Shown here: positions 19,292 to 23,451 of the stretch, piece after piece
Position numbering within the stretch: position 1 is the first letter of the stretch
How the letters are laid out: each line of letters begins with the position of its first letter
From: Candidatus Poribacteria bacterium
Lineage (GTDB): Bacteria > Poribacteria > WGA-4E > UBA9662
NCBI GenBank assembly: GCA_046582655.1
Contig: JAYGDX010000121.1
Location: 1-23,451, forward strand
DNA length: 23,451 bases
Direction of reading: 5' to 3'
Position numbers and translations under genes: made by a program
The notes under the pieces: model-generated
Database searches by the model: none
Told to the model about the DNA's origin: nothing
What the model saw: the letters and a program-made list of their open reading frames with translations, nothing else

Positions 19292-20452
19292 TTAAATTGT
19301 CAAAACTATTTCAATATCGTTTTTGCCTACGTCTAGATCTGTACGAACCAGTAACAGCCGATCTCGTACCCAAATAACATTGTCGACGTTCGACTGGTAT
19401 AATTCCAACCCAATATGATTTCCCCAAATGGCAAAGCCGTAAGGCATTGTTTTCGCCGATTCAATTTCAAACTGAAACGTTACTTGGTTACGCGACCGTT
19501 GGGCGCGGAAATTTTCGATTGGTGGCAGATCAAATTCGCTACCATCTTTGGAATTCATTGAAGGAGAAACATAATTATGCATCTGTACAGGTTCTATCCG
19601 ATCTGCATTAAAGGTAAGTTGACATTGGTGATTGTAGTATAAACACTGAGACTCGTTTGCCAGATAGGTTTCTGTTGTTTGATCAAACTTTGATCGGTAG
19701 TCCGCCACCATCTCCGAAAGTGTCTGTATTCGGACATCAGACCCAATTAGACGGCCTAAATGCTCATCAAGTGAATCAATACATTCAGTAGAGAGATGCG
19801 AGAATTTTGAAGCATCAACCTGCTGAACAAACCCCAACCAGGAATTCCCGTCTAGGTTAGATATATAGAGGTCCAAAGGTTCATGTACGGTTTTACCCAC
19901 AAGCAAATCGCACAGATCTGTAGTTCCGGTTGATGAAAATGGAATAGCTGCAATTTGACTGGCTGGCACACCACCGAAATTGTGATGTTCAATTGACGGG
20001 TAAAAGAAAGAGAAGGGCGCGCCACAGTCTCCTTTGCTGGAACCATATCCCCAAAGACCATCAAAACCAAGTTGAGCAAGTGTAGAGACCAAAATATGGT
20101 TTTTTTGGTTAGCACCAGCAATCGTTAGATCTACCCACTCCAGCAAGCTTTGTAATTGCTCATGATGTTTAACAATTTGGTCCGGAATTTTCTCCCTTAG
20201 TGTAACAACCTGCTCGGGATTTCTTAGATCAATCTTTCCAAAATCCGGCAACATCATAACTATATCATCGCCATAATCCTGATGCCAATTCGTCAGGCTT
20301 TCGGCAATTGGTTGGACGTCTTTAGAACTGACCGCCCAAGTAATCGGAATATTATGGCTATGCACAACTTCGGCTAGCGCACGAATTCTATCACGGCTGC
20401 CGGGATCATTATTGTTTGAATTAATTGTGGCTATGAGTACATAAGTCAACAT
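19292..20452 (-). CDS. Hypothetical protein, DUF3863-like (glycoside hydrolase/deacetylase-type barrel) with beta-rich C-terminus
   Basis: 386 aa ORF with ATG start. Motifs PITWAVS, WHQDYGDDI and GDCGAPFSFFYPSIEH resemble recalled DUF3863 segments (TWAFS, YH..YGDEI, GDGS..YPYYPS.EH). The CDS is well supported; the family call is tentative. Confidence 0.6.
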   Translation of the reverse strand: MLTYVLIATINSNNNDPGSRDRIRALAEVVHSHNIPITWAVSSKDVQPIAESLTNWHQDYGDDIVMMLPDFGKIDLRNPEQVVTLREKIPDQIVKHHEQLQSLLEWVDLTIAGANQKNHILVSTLAQLGFDGLWGYGSSKGDCGAPFSFFYPSIEHHNFGGVPASQIAAIPFSSTGTTDLCDLLVGKTVHEPLDLYISNLDGNSWLGFVQQVDASKFSHLSTECIDSLDEHLGRLIGSDVRIQTLSEMVADYRSKFDQTTETYLANESQCLYYNHQCQLTFNADRIEPVQMHNYVSPSMNSKDGSEFDLPPIENFRAQRSRNQVTFQFEIESAKTMPYGFAIWGNHIGLELYQSNVDNVIWVRDRLLLVRTDLDVGKNDIEIVLTI

Positions 20453-21409
20453 TGATGTTAAATTCCATCTACTTGGTAATTTTAGTCGATAAATGACTCA
20501 GCAAAAATGAAATTTTAACTAACAGATATAAAAATTTAGGATCCGCTGATTTTAGCTGATCCTCTAAAATCATTGTTATGAAACATATCGCTAAATCCTT
20601 CAACAGATTCAATAGGGAATTGTAACATCTTCTTGGCAGATTGGGCAGAAAATCGTAATTAGTGCCGTATGCCGATTACCTCAAATTGACGTTTCAGAAA
20701 TTTAGGTCAAGAGAGTTGAATCAAGTTGAAGATAAAATCGGGCTAATAGCATAGTAAAATATAGACAATCACTGGCTAAACTACCATTGAAATGGTATGA
20801 AATCAAAGCTATCGGTTCTGCAGATTATCGTTCTTATGCTCCTTGGATAGACCTCGCTCCCATCTGAATTTCACCTAATCCCAGCGTGCCGATGTTTTTC
20901 TTCAAACTTGGTTACTGGTGGGAACATAAAACGGATAATGAATCAAATACAGCTTGGGATTTTCTATCTCCTGTTATTGATGGCATATTTTTGTCATTTT
21001 CAATCTTACTTGCAACTAGTCGCTTTAATCTTCTTCTTCGTCGCTGTCTCCTTTATGTGCATGACCATAGTGAAAACGTGTGGACATAGAACGAAAAAAA
21101 CAATCTTAAAAGCTTTAGAAGCAAAAGCCAAACCGTTAATATTTCTTATTGGCTGTATGCTACGAATCTAACACAAATAATTTTTGCTTCGGGCAAAGGA
21201 CACGAAATCTATTGGAGATGGTCAAGTTGCATCATAGATGCAAATAGAACGAGATATGAATAAGATCGCAGATTTTTCCAGATCAACTGGATCTTGATAA
21301 TTCATACTTATAAAGCTGAGCATTTTCAATGAACATGATATGATAGTGTCCGGTTTTATTTTGTTCATATTGCATCCTGATTAAAGTCTAAGTTGATGGA
21401 ATTAAACCC

Positions 21410-23335
21410 ATGCCTAACACGCACCAATTTCCTTCTGGTGTTACTTATCGAACGATTCTGATAGGTACGATTCTAGTTGTTTGGAACGCCTATTGGTTGG
21501 CGTACGCTGCAGAATTAATCCAGCCGCAATTTCTGCTTAACTTCGTTTCACTCTTTTTCAATGCCGTTTTTACTTTATTTGTATTAATTGTATGCAATTC
21601 TCCACTAAAACGGTTTGCTCCGCGTTACGCGCTAACTACACAAGAGATGCTAGTTATCTACATCATGGTTGTTATGGTTTCGACAATCGGCGGTCATACA
21701 ATGATGACTTTCTTAATTGGAATCTTAGCCCACCCTTACCAATTTGCCACCTCTGAAAATGAGTGGGCCAGCCTTTTTTGGCGTGAGATTCCCTGGTGGT
21801 TTGTTCCCAAACAGAATGCGCTTGATGATTACTTCAAGGGTGATTCAAACTTCTATATTAGTCGGCATCTCGGCGGTTGGCTGATTCCAATATTGGTCTG
21901 GACAGGATTTGTAGCTATGCTTTGGTTTGTGCTCATCTGCCTCAACATCATTATTCGAGCCCAGTGGACGGAAAAAGAAAAGCTGGCTTACCCCATCGTT
22001 CAGTTGCCGTTACAGATGGTACAAGGTGAAAACCGCTTTTATCAAAGTAAAATCATGTGGATTGGTTTCGGCGTGGCAGGATTCTTCGAGATTCTAGCTG
22101 GACTCAATCATCTTTTTCCACAAATACCAGCTGTACAACTCAACTATTATTCGATTTCTCACTGGTTTCACGAGAAACCGTGGAATGCCGTTGGCTGGGT
22201 TTCGCTATCAGCTTATCCATTTATTATCGGTCTGACATTCTTCGTTCCACTCGACATTTCCATGTCTGCCTGGTTCTTCTATATATTCGGTAAATCAGAG
22301 CGGATTATCCGCACCGGGATGATGGGACAGGGTGAACTATTTATGGCAGAACGAGCTGGCGGGGCATGGCTTGCTGTCGGTGTTTTGGGCCTTTGGGGTA
22401 CGCGGCGGCATCTTGGTGATGTCGGGCAAAAGTTTCTCAATCCTCAAGTTCCCATCGATGACTCCAATGAACCTATGGGTTATCGGACAGCAGTAACGGG
22501 CCTAATCTTCGGCCTGATCGGCTTAATGCTATTCTCCCTGCGGGCCGGAATGACATGGTGGGGGATCTGCGGGTTTGCGGTCATTTTTTTGCTTATGGCA
22601 ATTGGTGTTACACGAGTCCGGGCAGAATCCGGGCCACCATCGCACGAAATTTTAGCCCTTGATCCAGCACGGTTGATGACAGTCGTTTTCGGTTCACGTT
22701 TGGTTGGGACAGGTAATCTGACCATAATTTCGTTTTATTACTGGCTCAATCGCCTCAACGTCTCGCATCCGATGCCCAATCAGCTTGAAGCTTTCAAAAT
22801 TGCTGAACGCGCCCAGATTAATAGTCGGCATCTAATCTGGGTGATGATGTTGGCTATCATTTTAGGAACGCTGGCATCGTTTTGGGCTTTTCTCTACTTG
22901 ATGTATAAAGTAGGTGCTCTATCAGTTCACGGCTACATCATTGGCATCGGGAACGAAGTTTTTGGACAACGGTTAGAACGATGGATCAACAACCCGACGG
23001 ACCCAAATATTGGCGGGACCCAATCAATGATCATCGGAGCTGGAACGACATCAATCCTTTACTTTTTGCGGCACCAATATATATGGTGGCCTTTTCATCC
23101 GATTGGTTATGTAATGACCGCTGCGACTTGGGGAGGGCTATCCGATTTCTGGTTTTCGGTTTTTCTTGGATGGCTGATCAAATTCATAATTCTCAAGGTT
23201 TTCGGGCTAAAAGCTCATCAACGTGCTATCCCTTTCTTCTTGGGTTTAGTTATGGGAGACTATATATCCGTCAGCATATGGGCGTTGATTGGTACGCTGT
23301 TTAACATACCAACATACGTTTTATGGTCGCCATAG
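21410..23335 (+). CDS. DUF6785/DUF6784 family polytopic membrane protein (putative transporter)
   Basis: 641 aa with many TM helices and motifs EMLVIY, W..P...W, QWTEKEKLAYPIVQLP, RVRAESG, WWPFHPIGY, W.IK..ILK.FG and PFFLGL..GD. Confidence 0.85.
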   Translation: MPNTHQFPSGVTYRTILIGTILVVWNAYWLAYAAELIQPQFLLNFVSLFFNAVFTLFVLIVCNSPLKRFAPRYALTTQEMLVIYIMVVMVSTIGGHTMMTFLIGILAHPYQFATSENEWASLFWREIPWWFVPKQNALDDYFKGDSNFYISRHLGGWLIPILVWTGFVAMLWFVLICLNIIIRAQWTEKEKLAYPIVQLPLQMVQGENRFYQSKIMWIGFGVAGFFEILAGLNHLFPQIPAVQLNYYSISHWFHEKPWNAVGWVSLSAYPFIIGLTFFVPLDISMSAWFFYIFGKSERIIRTGMMGQGELFMAERAGGAWLAVGVLGLWGTRRHLGDVGQKFLNPQVPIDDSNEPMGYRTAVTGLIFGLIGLMLFSLRAGMTWWGICGFAVIFLLMAIGVTRVRAESGPPSHEILALDPARLMTVVFGSRLVGTGNLTIISFYYWLNRLNVSHPMPNQLEAFKIAERAQINSRHLIWVMMLAIILGTLASFWAFLYLMYKVGALSVHGYIIGIGNEVFGQRLERWINNPTDPNIGGTQSMIIGAGTTSILYFLRHQYIWWPFHPIGYVMTAATWGGLSDFWFSVFLGWLIKFIILKVFGLKAHQRAIPFFLGLVMGDYISVSIWALIGTLFNIPTYVLWSP

Positions 23336-23451
23336 TCTAATTGTGTTGAGTATTAGTTATAGGGTACGATATAACTCAAGCAAACAGGCTTTTAATTGTT
23401 TGTGTTTTATGGTACTTTTTTCAGATAAGTAAATACAGAGAAATAATAATA

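Noticed and set aside
1..23451. CRISPR arrays, tRNA/rRNA genes, inteins, prophage genes
   Set aside because: I saw no regularly spaced repeats, cloverleaf or rRNA signatures, intein motifs or phage hallmark proteins. Reading by eye could miss short ncRNAs.

Overview
Bacterial chromosomal window, roughly low-to-mid 40s % GC by eye. The gene mix (PhyH dioxygenase, SMP-30 lactonase, sulfatase, DUF6785/6784 membrane protein) suggests a Poribacteria-like marine heterotroph; this is inference only. Intact core genes are ligA (+) and the glycine cleavage genes gcvT, gcvH and gcvP (-). A frameshifted, signal-peptide-bearing GH89 (alpha-N-acetylglucosaminidase)-like gene lies inside the gcv cluster, between gcvT and gcvH. 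An accessory or decaying minus-strand block (11.7-16.8 kb) holds, in transcription order, a DegT-family aminotransferase (2 frameshifts), an M48 peptidase-TerB fusion (2 frameshifts), a truncated IS630 remnant fused in frame to a 5'-truncated PhoR-like kinase pseudogene, then intact arsC and an AqpS-like aquaporin. The right end has a sulfatase, a small membrane protein, a DUF3863-like protein and a large DUF6785/6784 membrane protein. I saw no rRNA, tRNA or CRISPR array. All family calls come from motif recognition, not database searches.
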